62,018 nt of DNA from assembly GCA_049509455.1 (NCBI GenBank), contig JBEKZX010000005.1, positions 1-62,018 on the forward strand, in the 5' to 3' direction. The position numbers were made by a program, and so were the translations under genes. This DNA comes from Conexivisphaerales archaeon (GTDB lineage: Archaea > Thermoproteota > Nitrososphaeria > Conexivisphaerales > DTJL01). Shown piece by piece: positions 19,894 to 29,243 of the stretch; position 1 is the stretch's first letter; each line of letters starts with the position of its first letter. The notes beneath the pieces were generated by a model. That model was not told where the DNA came from. It made no database searches and was given only the letters and a program-made list of their open reading frames with translations.

Positions 19894-20227
19894 TTGGCTT
19901 TTGAACGTTGTTAAGGAGGCAGCGGCCCTTGACTACGAATTACGACACTCTTTCGGGACAGGAGGACGACGCCACAGGGCCGGATGGGCAGCGATGTCCA
20001 TCAAAGCGGACCTTGGGCAAAAAGGATGCGGTGGGCGAGATTTGGACTCGCGTTACCAGCGTGGCAGGCTGATGTCCTAGACTAGGCTAGACGACCACCG
20101 CTCGTTTCTGAAGTTGATTTCTCGTGTGTATTTATTGATTACGGAGCAGGTCAAGGAGGTCATCCCCAGTCGCGATGAATTCATGCACTTTCGCCGCTCA
20201 ACATTCTGATGGCGCATCGGCAAGCAC

Positions 20228-20695
20228 GTGCACAGAATTCGAGAGTCGCTCCGATTAGGAAAACGACGCTCCAAGTCTTCAATGGTCGTCCGACTTGAAG
20301 CCGAACGACAGAGGAAGGCCCCTCCGAGCAAGGCCCTGGAGCGCTTCTCCCGCCCCGAGAACCTCCCCAAGGTTAATCTCGACTTCGTCAAAGGCGTCAG
20401 GATCGTCAGGAAGGAGGGTGACATGATAACCTTCGAGCAAGACCCGGCCATAGCCGGCAGGAAGATCCACCCCCTGAATAAGCACTTCATCAGTCGCGCA
20501 GGTCGCAGCGTCCGGATAGACAATCTAGAAGGCGACGACAAAGGAAGCGAGATTTCCGTGACATTCGATGAGGCACCTGGTGGGACCACTCTCCACTACC
20601 TTGCCGAGACAAGGCTCGGGCCTCTCTTCTTCGTCACCAAGAGCCTGCCTGATTCGCGTTCGAAAAGGCAGCGAACGAAGAGGTCAAGACGCTAG
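20228..20695 (+). CDS. SRPBCC/polyketide-cyclase-like protein (tentative)
   Basis: APPSKALERFSRPENLPKVNLDFVKGVRIVRKEGD resembles the N-terminal strand-helix pattern of SRPBCC proteins. The true start is probably the internal MVVRLEA. Confidence 0.4.
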   Translation: MHRIRESLRLGKRRSKSSMVVRLEAERQRKAPPSKALERFSRPENLPKVNLDFVKGVRIVRKEGDMITFEQDPAIAGRKIHPLNKHFISRAGRSVRIDNLEGDDKGSEISVTFDEAPGGTTLHYLAETRLGPLFFVTKSLPDSRSKRQRTKRSRR

Positions 20696-20789
20696 ACTCA
20701 ACGTAGTTCATCGCTAATCGACTGGTCGGCCTATCTCGGGCTCCCGCGACCATTGAGCGCCATCTTGAAAGTTTTAACGCAAGTTCGTT

Positions 20790-22598
20790 TTGTTTTCATG
20801 TCTAGCGGAAGGATACCGATTGGAGTCTCTCCACAGTCTGATTAGGTACGTCCAGCGGCATTCGCATCTCTTAGAACCCAACGCCCTCCTCTTGCTGTGG
20901 CTGTCCATATCGGTCGCCTTCTTCGTTTCCTGCGATCTGCTAGTTCTTGGCAATGTGGCAGACAGGAGCTTCGCGCTCTGGCTGACCGTCGCGCTGGACC
21001 TGCTTTACACGATCGCCTCCGGCATTTCCGTCCTCCTCCTTGCAAGACGCTACGTGCGCAAGGTCCATGCAGCGGATGACTCCAAGGAGGCGACCAGCCA
21101 TACGCTTAGGACCTTCCTGGACGCGTCGCCCCTGGCCGTCGCTTCGACCGACCTCTTCGGCCACCTAGAATCCTGGAACCCGCCCGCGGAGCGCATCTTT
21201 GGATGGAAGCGGGAGGAGGTGTTGGGAAAGGCAGACCCCACCCTGCCAGCCGAACCGTTGGCTGGTTTGACTTCTGATTTGCTGAAAGCCTTCGTAGGAG
21301 AGGGCACTTACAACTCTGAACAGGTGCGGAGGAACAAGGGCGGCACCAACATCGACGTGCTGGTGACCACTCTGCCGGTGCGCGACGGAAGCGGACGCCT
21401 ATGGGGAGCCATCGAGGTGATGGAGGACATCTCCGAGAGAAAACTCGAGAGGGCGGCGCTCATCGACACGGCGAGGAGCTTCAAGTCCGCCTTCGAAGAC
21501 GCGGCCGTGGGGATGGCCATGACAGGCTTGGACGGCCGCTGGATGAAGGTCAACAGGGCCCTTTGCGAAACCCTGGGCTATACAGAGGAGGAGCTCCTCT
21601 CCAAGACCTTCGAAGAGGTTACATATGCGGAAGACAGGGACGTCAACTCGGACCTCGGCCTGCGGCTGAGGGAAGGGAAGCTCGGCTCCTACCAGATCGA
21701 GAAGCGATATGTGAGGAAGGATGGCAAGGTCATCTGGGCGACCCTGAGCGTTTCCGTCGTGCGTGACGCGGGGGGCCAGCCACTCTATTCGATATCGCAG
21801 GTGGAGGACGTAACCGCGAGGAAGGAGGCGGAAGACGAGCTCAAGTCTTACAGCGTTGGTCTAGAGAAGAAGGTCAAGGAGCGCACGGAGGAGCTGGAGA
21901 AAACCAACCAACTGTTGGTGCAGTCGGAGCGCCTGGCCGCCATCGGAAGTCTGGCCGCCCAAGTGGCCCACGACCTACGTAACCCTCTAACGGCCATCAA
22001 CACCAATCTCTTCTACATCAAGAACGTGCTCCCTGGCGACTTGGGCGACAAGGTAGGGGATTCAATCGGATCTGTCGAGCGGGCAGTCGAACATTCTAGC
22101 AAGATAATAGATGACCTTCTCCAGTACTCGAGGGCGACGGACCTGAACACCGAGAGACTTGACTTCGGGTCTGCGCTAGAGCAGTTCGCCGATGGTCTGG
22201 ATCTTCCTCGGTCCGTCAAGCTTGTTCGCAACTTAGAAGCCGGCGCATTTATCGATGGTGACCTTGCCAAGTTGAAGCGCGTCTTTCAGAACCTCGTCTC
22301 CAACGCCGTGGAGGCCATGCCCTCTGGAGGAACTCTGAGCCTGTCCGTCAGGGCCGATGCAGACAAGGTCGTGGCTGAAGTCGCTGACACGGGCGTCGGA
22401 ATGGACTCGACGACACTGCGGCAGCTCTTCAACCCCTTCTTCACCACGAAAGCTAAGGGACTAGGGCTGGGCCTGGCAATCTGCCAGCGACTCGTAGAGG
22501 CCCATGGAGGGAAGATCAACATCAGCAGCGAAGAAGGTAAGGGGACCTCTGCCGTGATAACGCTGCCCAGGGCCCCGGATGTGGAGAGTTCCAGATAG
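20790..22598 (+). CDS. sensor histidine kinase (TM - PAS - PAS - HisKA - HATPase_c)
   Basis: Two PAS blocks (ERIFGWKREEVLG and NRALCETLGYTEEELL..KDG) are followed by the H-box AAQVAHDLRNPL. The N box is NLVSNAVEAM and the G boxes are DTGVGM and GLGLGLAI. No response regulator lies adjacent. Confidence 0.9.
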   Translation: MFSCLAEGYRLESLHSLIRYVQRHSHLLEPNALLLLWLSISVAFFVSCDLLVLGNVADRSFALWLTVALDLLYTIASGISVLLLARRYVRKVHAADDSKEATSHTLRTFLDASPLAVASTDLFGHLESWNPPAERIFGWKREEVLGKADPTLPAEPLAGLTSDLLKAFVGEGTYNSEQVRRNKGGTNIDVLVTTLPVRDGSGRLWGAIEVMEDISERKLERAALIDTARSFKSAFEDAAVGMAMTGLDGRWMKVNRALCETLGYTEEELLSKTFEEVTYAEDRDVNSDLGLRLREGKLGSYQIEKRYVRKDGKVIWATLSVSVVRDAGGQPLYSISQVEDVTARKEAEDELKSYSVGLEKKVKERTEELEKTNQLLVQSERLAAIGSLAAQVAHDLRNPLTAINTNLFYIKNVLPGDLGDKVGDSIGSVERAVEHSSKIIDDLLQYSRATDLNTERLDFGSALEQFADGLDLPRSVKLVRNLEAGAFIDGDLAKLKRVFQNLVSNAVEAMPSGGTLSLSVRADADKVVAEVADTGVGMDSTTLRQLFNPFFTTKAKGLGLGLAICQRLVEAHGGKINISSEEGKGTSAVITLPRAPDVESSR

Positions 22599-22714
22599 AC
22601 GGTCTCTTCAGAAGTCACGCCTAGCGCGACGTGCTAGACCTCAGAGCGACGCAGGGGCCCTACGCTCGCCGAACGGCTTACTTCTTTTGTCCTGGCCTAT
22701 CTAGTACCGGGATA

Positions 22715-23347
22715 TCAAATTTCATCGAGGCTGTCCAGCACGGCCACTTCGACGGCCTTCTCCATCAACGTGAACGACATGCTCGGCTTCGACATGCCGA
22801 AAGCGCCTTCCTTTGAAACCACGTCTGTCGGTAGGTTGGGAACATGAAGGAAACCTCCCAGCTTAGGGATGCCGTGCCTGTGCGCGTAGTGAAGCAGGTG
22901 GTAGAGCAGCGCATTACATATGAAAGTCCCCGCCGAGTACGATAGAGTGGCCGGCACCTCATCCCTCCTCATGTCTGCCACGATCCTAGTGTAGGGGAAC
23001 GTCGAAAAGTATGCCGCGGGGCCTCCCTTGACGACTTTAGAGTCCTTGGGGCTGAAACCGTCGTTGTCGGGGATCCGCGCGTCCATTATGTTGACGGCAA
23101 CCCTTTCGACGGTCACGTCCGTCCTTCCCCCCCAGAGGCCCGTGGCCACAACCACCTCCGGCTTCTCCTTCTTAAGGATCAGGCGCAGGCTAGTTCCGAC
23201 TCTACGATAGCTGACCGGCAGAACCCTTCCCGTCACCATCGATTCACCGATGCTCCTTCCTTCGAATGCTCTGGCCAGCCTTTCAGTCGGGTTGCTATTC
23301 TCCTTCCGGAAAGGCTCGAAACCGGTGACGAGCACCCTATGCAACAC
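22715..23347 (-). CDS. pcp: pyroglutamyl-peptidase I
   Basis: VLVTGFEPF, NPTE and SAGTFICNALLY (catalytic Cys) are present, followed by GFLHVP. Confidence 0.9.
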   Translation of the reverse strand: MLHRVLVTGFEPFRKENSNPTERLARAFEGRSIGESMVTGRVLPVSYRRVGTSLRLILKKEKPEVVVATGLWGGRTDVTVERVAVNIMDARIPDNDGFSPKDSKVVKGGPAAYFSTFPYTRIVADMRRDEVPATLSYSAGTFICNALLYHLLHYAHRHGIPKLGGFLHVPNLPTDVVSKEGAFGMSKPSMSFTLMEKAVEVAVLDSLDEI

Positions 23348-23593
23348 AATTCGCCTGCGGATTCATGCCACTCAATCATGGAATGGAGCAAAGGTGACAT
23401 AAAGCCTATTCCCTCGAACAAGCGATTCCGATATCACTTCAATCCGAGTCTCTAGTCTATCTCGAGCTTCTTCAGTGTCTGTAGCACAAGCTTCCTGCGC
23501 GTGGCTTCGGTCTTTGCGGCGTGAACCGGCGGACGAACTTCTCTGAATCGATACGCCCTAACTGGCTGTCAACCCCGCCTATCAGAAGGACTT

Positions 23594-24571
23594 CTAGGCT
23601 TCTGACCTTGCGATGGGCACGCCATCGCTGTAGGAGCACCTTACGCCATACTTCTGAGCGCAGTCCAGGCAGTAGCTGGGCTCGCAGACCGGAGTTGTCA
23701 GGTACCTTTCGAGGCCGTCGGGCGCTATGGACACGATGACTCCATTCTTCATCTCGTTTGCTTCTTTGAGGGCGACATGCAGTATTGCTCCCGAACTCGG
23801 CCCCACCAGCAGACCCTCGGTCAGGGCTAGAAGCCTGACAGTCTCTTCTGCGGTCTTCGAGCTGACGTACCGGATTTCGTCCACCAGCTCCTTCTTCCAG
23901 ATTCCCGGGATATGCTGGATGTTGTAGTTCTTCAGGCCCTGTATGGGTGTCTTTTCGTCAGGCGCGACGCCGATGACTCTGACCTTGGGGTTGAGTTCTT
24001 TCAGGCGCTTGGCCACACCCATTGAGGTCCCCGAGGTGCCGAGCCCCGCCACCACCAACGAAACCCTCCCCTTCGTGTCCTTCCAGATTTCCTCGGCTGT
24101 GGTTTCATAGTGGGCCCTGACGTTGACTTCGTTTCCGAATTGGTCGGGCATGAAATAGCGGCCAGACATGCGCGTAACGAGAGCCTTGGCGTAGTCCTCC
24201 GCGCCATCCATCCCCTTGGACCCGGGTGTCAGGATGATCTTCGCACCGAGCGCGATCATCAGCTGTCGCCTCTCCATCGTCATGGTCTCCGGCATCACAA
24301 GGACGCAATCATAGCCCTTGGAGCGACAGACCATGGCCAGGCCGATGCCCGTGTTGCCGCTAGTAGGCTCGATCACCGTTTGGCCAGGGACAAGAAGACC
24401 GCGCCGTTCCGCATCTTCGATCATATACTTTGCTATCCTGTCCTTCACGGAGCCGCCCGGATTCATCTTCTCCAGCTTGATGAAAATCTCGACCTCCTTG
24501 TTGCTGGTCAGGTTGTTCACCCTGATCATCGGCGTGTGGCCTATAAGGTCCAACACGCTGTTGAATATCAT
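23594..24571 (-). CDS. PLP-dependent cysteine synthase / CBS-family enzyme with Cys-rich C-terminal tail
   Basis: GGSVKDR holds the PLP lysine, with TSGNTGIGLA and GTSGT also present. After ERYLTT there is an extra tail, PVCEPSYCLDCAQKYGVRCSYSDG. Confidence 0.8.
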   Translation of the reverse strand: MIFNSVLDLIGHTPMIRVNNLTSNKEVEIFIKLEKMNPGGSVKDRIAKYMIEDAERRGLLVPGQTVIEPTSGNTGIGLAMVCRSKGYDCVLVMPETMTMERRQLMIALGAKIILTPGSKGMDGAEDYAKALVTRMSGRYFMPDQFGNEVNVRAHYETTAEEIWKDTKGRVSLVVAGLGTSGTSMGVAKRLKELNPKVRVIGVAPDEKTPIQGLKNYNIQHIPGIWKKELVDEIRYVSSKTAEETVRLLALTEGLLVGPSSGAILHVALKEANEMKNGVIVSIAPDGLERYLTTPVCEPSYCLDCAQKYGVRCSYSDGVPIARSEA

Positions 24572-24749
24572 ACGAATCGACGAGGGTAATAACGGGCTTA
24601 TTAACCTAGTCCGTTGTTTCGACGACTCATGATCGGCAGTGAGGATTCGTTGGCAGCGGGGGCGACCATCGACTTCTTCGCCAGGTCACCCTCAAAACGG
24701 AGCCACTTTCCTGGCAGGGAGATCTACGTAGTCATTCCGAAGGCAAAAA

Positions 24750-25955
24750 GAAAACCATAATGAGCCTTTTAGCTGTATCTGATTAGCTCATTCTCACCTT
24801 CTATTCCCAAGAGGTTGGCATACAACCATTCGGGGATCATCCCCTTTTTTCTGAGTCCGCTCCTACCAGAGCAACCCTATTCAAAGTTCGAGGATTGTCC
24901 TCTATCGTTCTTCCAGGGGGCAAGCTCCTGGTAGGTTACGTTCCTCTTGAGCAACCAATAGGCGTACGCGACCAGCTTCCTGGCCACCGCGACGTACGCC
25001 TTCTTCTTCCCCTTCTTGTGCATGATTCTGAGGAAGAACTCCTTAATGTGAGGGTCCTTCCTCACCGACCATCTGGCGCATTCCACAAGGTTCCTCCTCA
25101 GCCATTTGTTCCCGAGCCTTGTTATGTGACCAGTGTAAGACACGTCTCCGGATTGATGGAGAGAAGGGACGAGTCCGATATACGCGCACGCTTGCTTCGA
25201 GTCTGCGAAGCGGCTCACGTCATCTAACGAGGACGAGAGGAAGAGCGCCGTGTAGGGTCCAAGGCCAGGTATGGTGTCGAGAAGCTTCGCCTTGGCGTCT
25301 GTAGATGCCACAGCGCGTATCCTCCCATCAAGCTCATCGACGATCGACTCGACGAGCTCTAGCTCCCTCAGCCTCCGGTCGATCTCTGCGAGGTGAAGGG
25401 AACGGAGCTGCTCCCTTCCCTGAATGCTGAGAGGCTTCCTCACCTCTATGCCCCTCCGCTTCAGCATCCACTTTATCGAGTTCTTGAGCTCAGCCTGCTT
25501 GGTGCCGTAGGTCACTCTCTCTTTCGTGAGGAGGCGTTTCTCCCTCGTACCCTCGTCTGGCATGTGAGACTTGGGGAAGTAGTTGGTCCTCAGGAGGTCT
25601 CCCACAGTCCTAGCATCTACCCGGTCATTCTTTATCTTTGATTTGGCCCTCTCCCTGATCGTGTTCGGATTGCATACGGAGACATCGCAGTCCTGTATGC
25701 CACTCAGCTCATCGTAGATGGGATAGATGAAACCCACAGACTCGGCGCCGACGTGCTTTGTGCCTGGAAGAGATGAGATGAATCTGCGCAGCGTCTTCGT
25801 AGGTAACCTCTTCTCGAAGAGGAGCGTTCCGTCTTTCTCGAAGACAGCTAGCTGAGACTCCCTCTCATGCAGATCCGCACCGATATACAACTCCCTAGGA
25901 TTCATGACACCTATTCTTCCATGCTTGCTCATTAAGGCTCATCATAGGACTCAAA
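24750..25955 (-). mobile_element. IS110-family insertion sequence (boundaries approximate)
   Basis: It contains the DEDD/Tnp_20 recombinase gene. A candidate subterminal inverted repeat is ATGAGCCTT (24760-24768) / AAGGCTCAT (25934-25942), extendable imperfectly to about 14 bp. The AT-richer structured arm lies 3' of the CDS. Confidence 0.6.
24877..25932 (-). CDS. IS110-family DEDD recombinase/transposase
   Basis: The N-terminal RuvC-like block is YIGADLHERESQLAVF. The C-terminal block is IPGLGPYTALFLSSSLDDVSRFADSKQACAYIGLVPSLHQSGDVSYTGHITRLGNKWLRRNL. Confidence 0.9.
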   Translation of the reverse strand: MSKHGRIGVMNPRELYIGADLHERESQLAVFEKDGTLLFEKRLPTKTLRRFISSLPGTKHVGAESVGFIYPIYDELSGIQDCDVSVCNPNTIRERAKSKIKNDRVDARTVGDLLRTNYFPKSHMPDEGTREKRLLTKERVTYGTKQAELKNSIKWMLKRRGIEVRKPLSIQGREQLRSLHLAEIDRRLRELELVESIVDELDGRIRAVASTDAKAKLLDTIPGLGPYTALFLSSSLDDVSRFADSKQACAYIGLVPSLHQSGDVSYTGHITRLGNKWLRRNLVECARWSVRKDPHIKEFFLRIMHKKGKKKAYVAVARKLVAYAYWLLKRNVTYQELAPWKNDRGQSSNFE

Positions 25956-25988
25956 GGGAGAGACGCCGGACCGAATTGCTAGCATGAT

Positions 25989-26357
25989 ATGAGTTCACAG
26001 GCCCTAGAAGGCAAGAAATACATCAGCCTTAAAACATATCGTCGCAATGGAGCACAGGTTCCCACACCCGTCTGGTTCATGCTCCGGGAGAACCGCGTAT
26101 TCGTCTAGACCATCTCCACCTCAGGAAAGGTGAAACGCATACGAAACAACCCAAACGTGGCAGTCGCCCCCTGCACCATGCGTGGGGAGCCTCAAGGGCC
26201 GTACGTCGACGGAGTCGCAACCCTATATGATGACGACTCCTCACAGGAGTTGCGCAAAGCGTTCAGGTCAAAATACGGCCTGTTGCTACTATTGGACAGG
26301 GCGACGACGTGGCTGGGGAAGGAAAAGCGAGTCTTCGTCTGTATCACCCTCTCCTGA
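25989..26357 (+). pseudogene. PPOX-class F420-dependent split-barrel protein with in-frame TAG
   Basis: MSSQALEGKKYISLKTYRRNGAQVPTPVWFMLRENRVFV-TAG(26106-26108)-TISTSGKVKRIRNNPNVAVAPC..., a single frame throughout. The family pattern continues across the stop. Confidence 0.7.
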
Positions 26358-26426
26358 CCATGATGCAGCTGACCAGCAAATCATGAAATACGCTTAATAG
26401 ATTGACTCAGGCGCGTTTGCGAAGAA

Positions 26427-26792
26427 ATGCCACGAGTCGTGCACTTCGAAATAGCGGCCGAGGACCCCAAGAGGGCTAAGGTCTTTTACGAGAAGGTCTT
26501 CGGTTGGAAGATCAAGAAGTGGAAAGGCCCCATGGAATACTGGCTGATCACAACGGGCAATAAGAAGGAAGCTGGTATCGACGGCGCCCTGATGAAGAGA
26601 GAGAAGACGGAGAACACGATTAATACCATCGGGGTGCCTTCTCACGACGAGTTTGTCAAGAAGATCAAGGCGGCCGGAGGGAAGCAGGTCACCAAGAAGA
26701 CGACCATCCCCGGTGTAGGCTTCTTCTCCTACTGTCAGGACCCTGAGGGCAATGTATTCGGAATCATGGAATCGTTCCCGGCCTCGATGTAA
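26427..26792 (+). CDS. VOC (glyoxalase/bleomycin-resistance fold) family protein
   Basis: VHFEIAAEDPKRAKVFYEKVFGW and FFSYCQDPEGNVFGIME are present. Confidence 0.85.
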   Translation: MPRVVHFEIAAEDPKRAKVFYEKVFGWKIKKWKGPMEYWLITTGNKKEAGIDGALMKREKTENTINTIGVPSHDEFVKKIKAAGGKQVTKKTTIPGVGFFSYCQDPEGNVFGIMESFPASM

Positions 26793-26916
26793 GGCCGATT
26801 CTTCTAGCTCGCGACCTTTTCTCTTCTCTATGCACTCTAGACATCATCCTCTATCCCGTTCAATCGCGTCCCCGGAACGACGGGAAAGATAATAAAACCT
26901 CTCAACCACGTAATCT

Positions 26917-28008
26917 ATGTTGTCATCAAGGATCAAGAGGCTTCAGAAGGCGCTAGCCAGGAAAGGCCTATCCGGAATGGTCGTCTCATCGACCGCCAAC
27001 ATGCTCTACTTCGCCGGGATCCCCATCCAATCCTTCGAACGTTTCGCGGGGCTAATGGTTCCTGCCGCGGGCGACCCTGTCCTAATTCTCCCTGCTTTGG
27101 AGGAGGAGAAGGCGAAGGAGCGATCCAGCGTCGAGGACGTCCGCTCCTACACCGACGAGCAGGGCCCGACCAAGCCCTTGAAGTCGACTCTGATGGAGCT
27201 CAGCCTGAATCGCGGCTCCGTGGGCGTCGAGAGCTCCCTTCCCTTCGGCTTCCTCTCCCAGATCTCTAGGGCGGTTCCGCAGACGGCTATCGTGGACGCC
27301 ACGGAAGCGGTCATGGAGCTCCGGCTGACCAAGGACGCAGATGAGCTGGCCGCAATGAAGAAGGCAGGCAGAATCGTCGAAACGGGGATACTGGCCGGCA
27401 TCGGGGCCATCAAGGTGGGTGCCACCGAGCTGGAGATCGGCTTCGAGATAGAGCGAAGGATACGCGAGCTCGGCGGGGAGAAGGTTCCATTCAACGCAGT
27501 CCTTGCGGGCAGGAACGCCGCGCTCCCACATGGCGATTCGTCGGAGACCAGAGTCCAGAGGGGGGACTGTGTGCTGATGGACGTCAGCGCCACCTACAAG
27601 GGTTACTATGCCGACCTCACCCGGACCGTCTTTGTTGGAGAGGTTTCCATTGAGCATAGGAAGGTGTATGATACGGTCCTCGAGGCGCAGTCCGCTGCCA
27701 TATCAGCCGTCAAGCCCGGCCTTGTGGCCGGGGCCCTGGACAAGAAGGCCCGGCGAGTCATTGCGAACGCTGGCTATGGCAAATACTTCATCCACCGCAC
27801 CGGGCACGGACTAGGCTTGGATGTCCATGAGGAGCCCAGCATCACCAGCTCCTCCTCTTTAGTCCTGAAGCTTGGAATGACCTTTACCGTGGAGCCGGGG
27901 ATATACCTCGCCGGCAAGCTGGGCGTCAGAATTGAGGACGACTTGGTGGTCACCGAAGACGGAGTCGAGACCATAGGCAAATGTGACAAGGAACTCCTTG
28001 TGGTCTGA
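26917..28008 (+). CDS. M24-family Xaa-Pro dipeptidase/aminopeptidase
   Basis: A creatinase-like N-domain is followed by metal ligands in VLMDVSATYKGYYADLTRT, HRTGHGLGLDVHEEP, FTVEPG and RIEDD. Confidence 0.9.
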   Translation: MLSSRIKRLQKALARKGLSGMVVSSTANMLYFAGIPIQSFERFAGLMVPAAGDPVLILPALEEEKAKERSSVEDVRSYTDEQGPTKPLKSTLMELSLNRGSVGVESSLPFGFLSQISRAVPQTAIVDATEAVMELRLTKDADELAAMKKAGRIVETGILAGIGAIKVGATELEIGFEIERRIRELGGEKVPFNAVLAGRNAALPHGDSSETRVQRGDCVLMDVSATYKGYYADLTRTVFVGEVSIEHRKVYDTVLEAQSAAISAVKPGLVAGALDKKARRVIANAGYGKYFIHRTGHGLGLDVHEEPSITSSSSLVLKLGMTFTVEPGIYLAGKLGVRIEDDLVVTEDGVETIGKCDKELLVV

Positions 28009-28047
28009 GCTGTGATGGGCGCTCGCCGGAGAGACGCGGCCCCCAAT

Positions 28048-28659
28048 TCATGGGGGGCTCTTCTCAGTCCCCGCCGATAAGTAAGCACCGAAGCCCGTCC
28101 CCCATATCAGGACAGGAAACGCGATTATTCTCTCCATGCCACCGGGGCCCAGCCCTAGGTAGACACCATCAGCATACATGACCAGAGCAATCAGGGTCAG
28201 TGACCCCAGCACTAATGCGAAGAATGACAGGGGGGCTCTGATCAACCTGAAGGAGGATACCGCGGTAAGCCCTCCGCCGGCAAAGGCCATCAGTGAGACA
28301 ATCTCATGCAAGGTTCCCGTCGTTTCAGGGAAGAGACCTACGCCCATGGCGCCCATGCCGGCGATCCCTAGGAAGATTGGAGCGAACAGCGTTCCGGATC
28401 CCTTTCGGAAGAAGTAGGAGCTTGCAACCAAGAGGGCCCCCAAAACGAAGACGGAGGAATCGAAAATCGTAGAAGAGGGTTGTACGATCGTACAGGCGGC
28501 ACGGCACGTAGCTCCGAGATCGCTTATGTAGTTCTGGGAGACGCTATAGCCCGGATAGAGGGATTCGGCCACCAACATCCCGATCAGGAACTGGGCGGAG
28601 GCTAAGAAGATGAGCACCCCTGATAGCTTGACCCAAGAAACCAAGACTAGGTCTAGCAT
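28048..28659 (-). CDS. DUF998-like multi-pass membrane protein
   Basis: About six TM segments and the N-terminal block YPGYSVSQNYISDLGA, which is typical of DUF998 as I remember it. Confidence 0.55.
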   Translation of the reverse strand: MLDLVLVSWVKLSGVLIFLASAQFLIGMLVAESLYPGYSVSQNYISDLGATCRAACTIVQPSSTIFDSSVFVLGALLVASSYFFRKGSGTLFAPIFLGIAGMGAMGVGLFPETTGTLHEIVSLMAFAGGGLTAVSSFRLIRAPLSFFALVLGSLTLIALVMYADGVYLGLGPGGMERIIAFPVLIWGTGFGAYLSAGTEKSPP

Positions 28660-29243
28660 CCGTCATGGAACGCCCCATATAAGTCCGGCTTGAAACGACA
28701 AGCGAACCGCTCGAAAGTGCGATCCTATTCGGTCTCTCTACTGCTAGATGATGAACCCGAGTCGGTCGTCCGAAGGCCTTCTCCATGAATCGACCTGACG
28801 TCATCTCGGATGTTTAATTCGCTAGCAGATTGGCCTGGAGTGCTCTACTGCTTGCCGTTGGTCGGCGTAATGTTTCGCTTCTGCAGCCTGCTGGGCCATC
28901 AGAGCGAGTGTTACGACCACTATCCCCATCGCCTCATCATGAGAGACGGCCATTTCGGTCTTGGACCTCAAGGCCTGCCGAACGCCGTTCTTTCCCGCTC
29001 CGACACTAGCGACCAATTGCCGGAAGAGGGAACCCACGTCCATCTTCTGTGCCAGGCCGAACTAGCTCCAGCGATTAGGCACATCTTCGAATCGTATAGG
29101 CAAAACTGTAATTTTTCCGCATAGTCTCCGAACTCCCGGAACTAGACCGCGATTGCTGCCTGCATTTTCGGATGTCATCCGAGGTCCATCTGACAACGGA
29201 CATATAGTCCGCCAGATACTGATATCTGCGAACGTGGACCGTA

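Noticed and set aside
24629-24760. A 43-codon plus-strand ORF between the cysK-like gene and the IS110 element.
   Set aside because: It has no motif and ends inside the candidate IS repeat. It is probably chance, or the remnant of whatever the IS interrupted.
26106-26108. The in-frame TAG as a pyrrolysine codon.
   Set aside because: TAG is used as the ordinary stop of many well-supported genes in this window, including msrA, hxlR, htrA, the macro-domain gene, the histidine kinase and the reductase. No pyl or methylamine methyltransferase genes are visible. A nonsense mutation or a sequencing error is the simpler explanation.
28660-29243. ORFs of 73, 104 and 62 aa in the region upstream of the Lrp gene.
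   Set aside because: They overlap one another on both strands. None has a motif or a convincing start context. I left the region unannotated.
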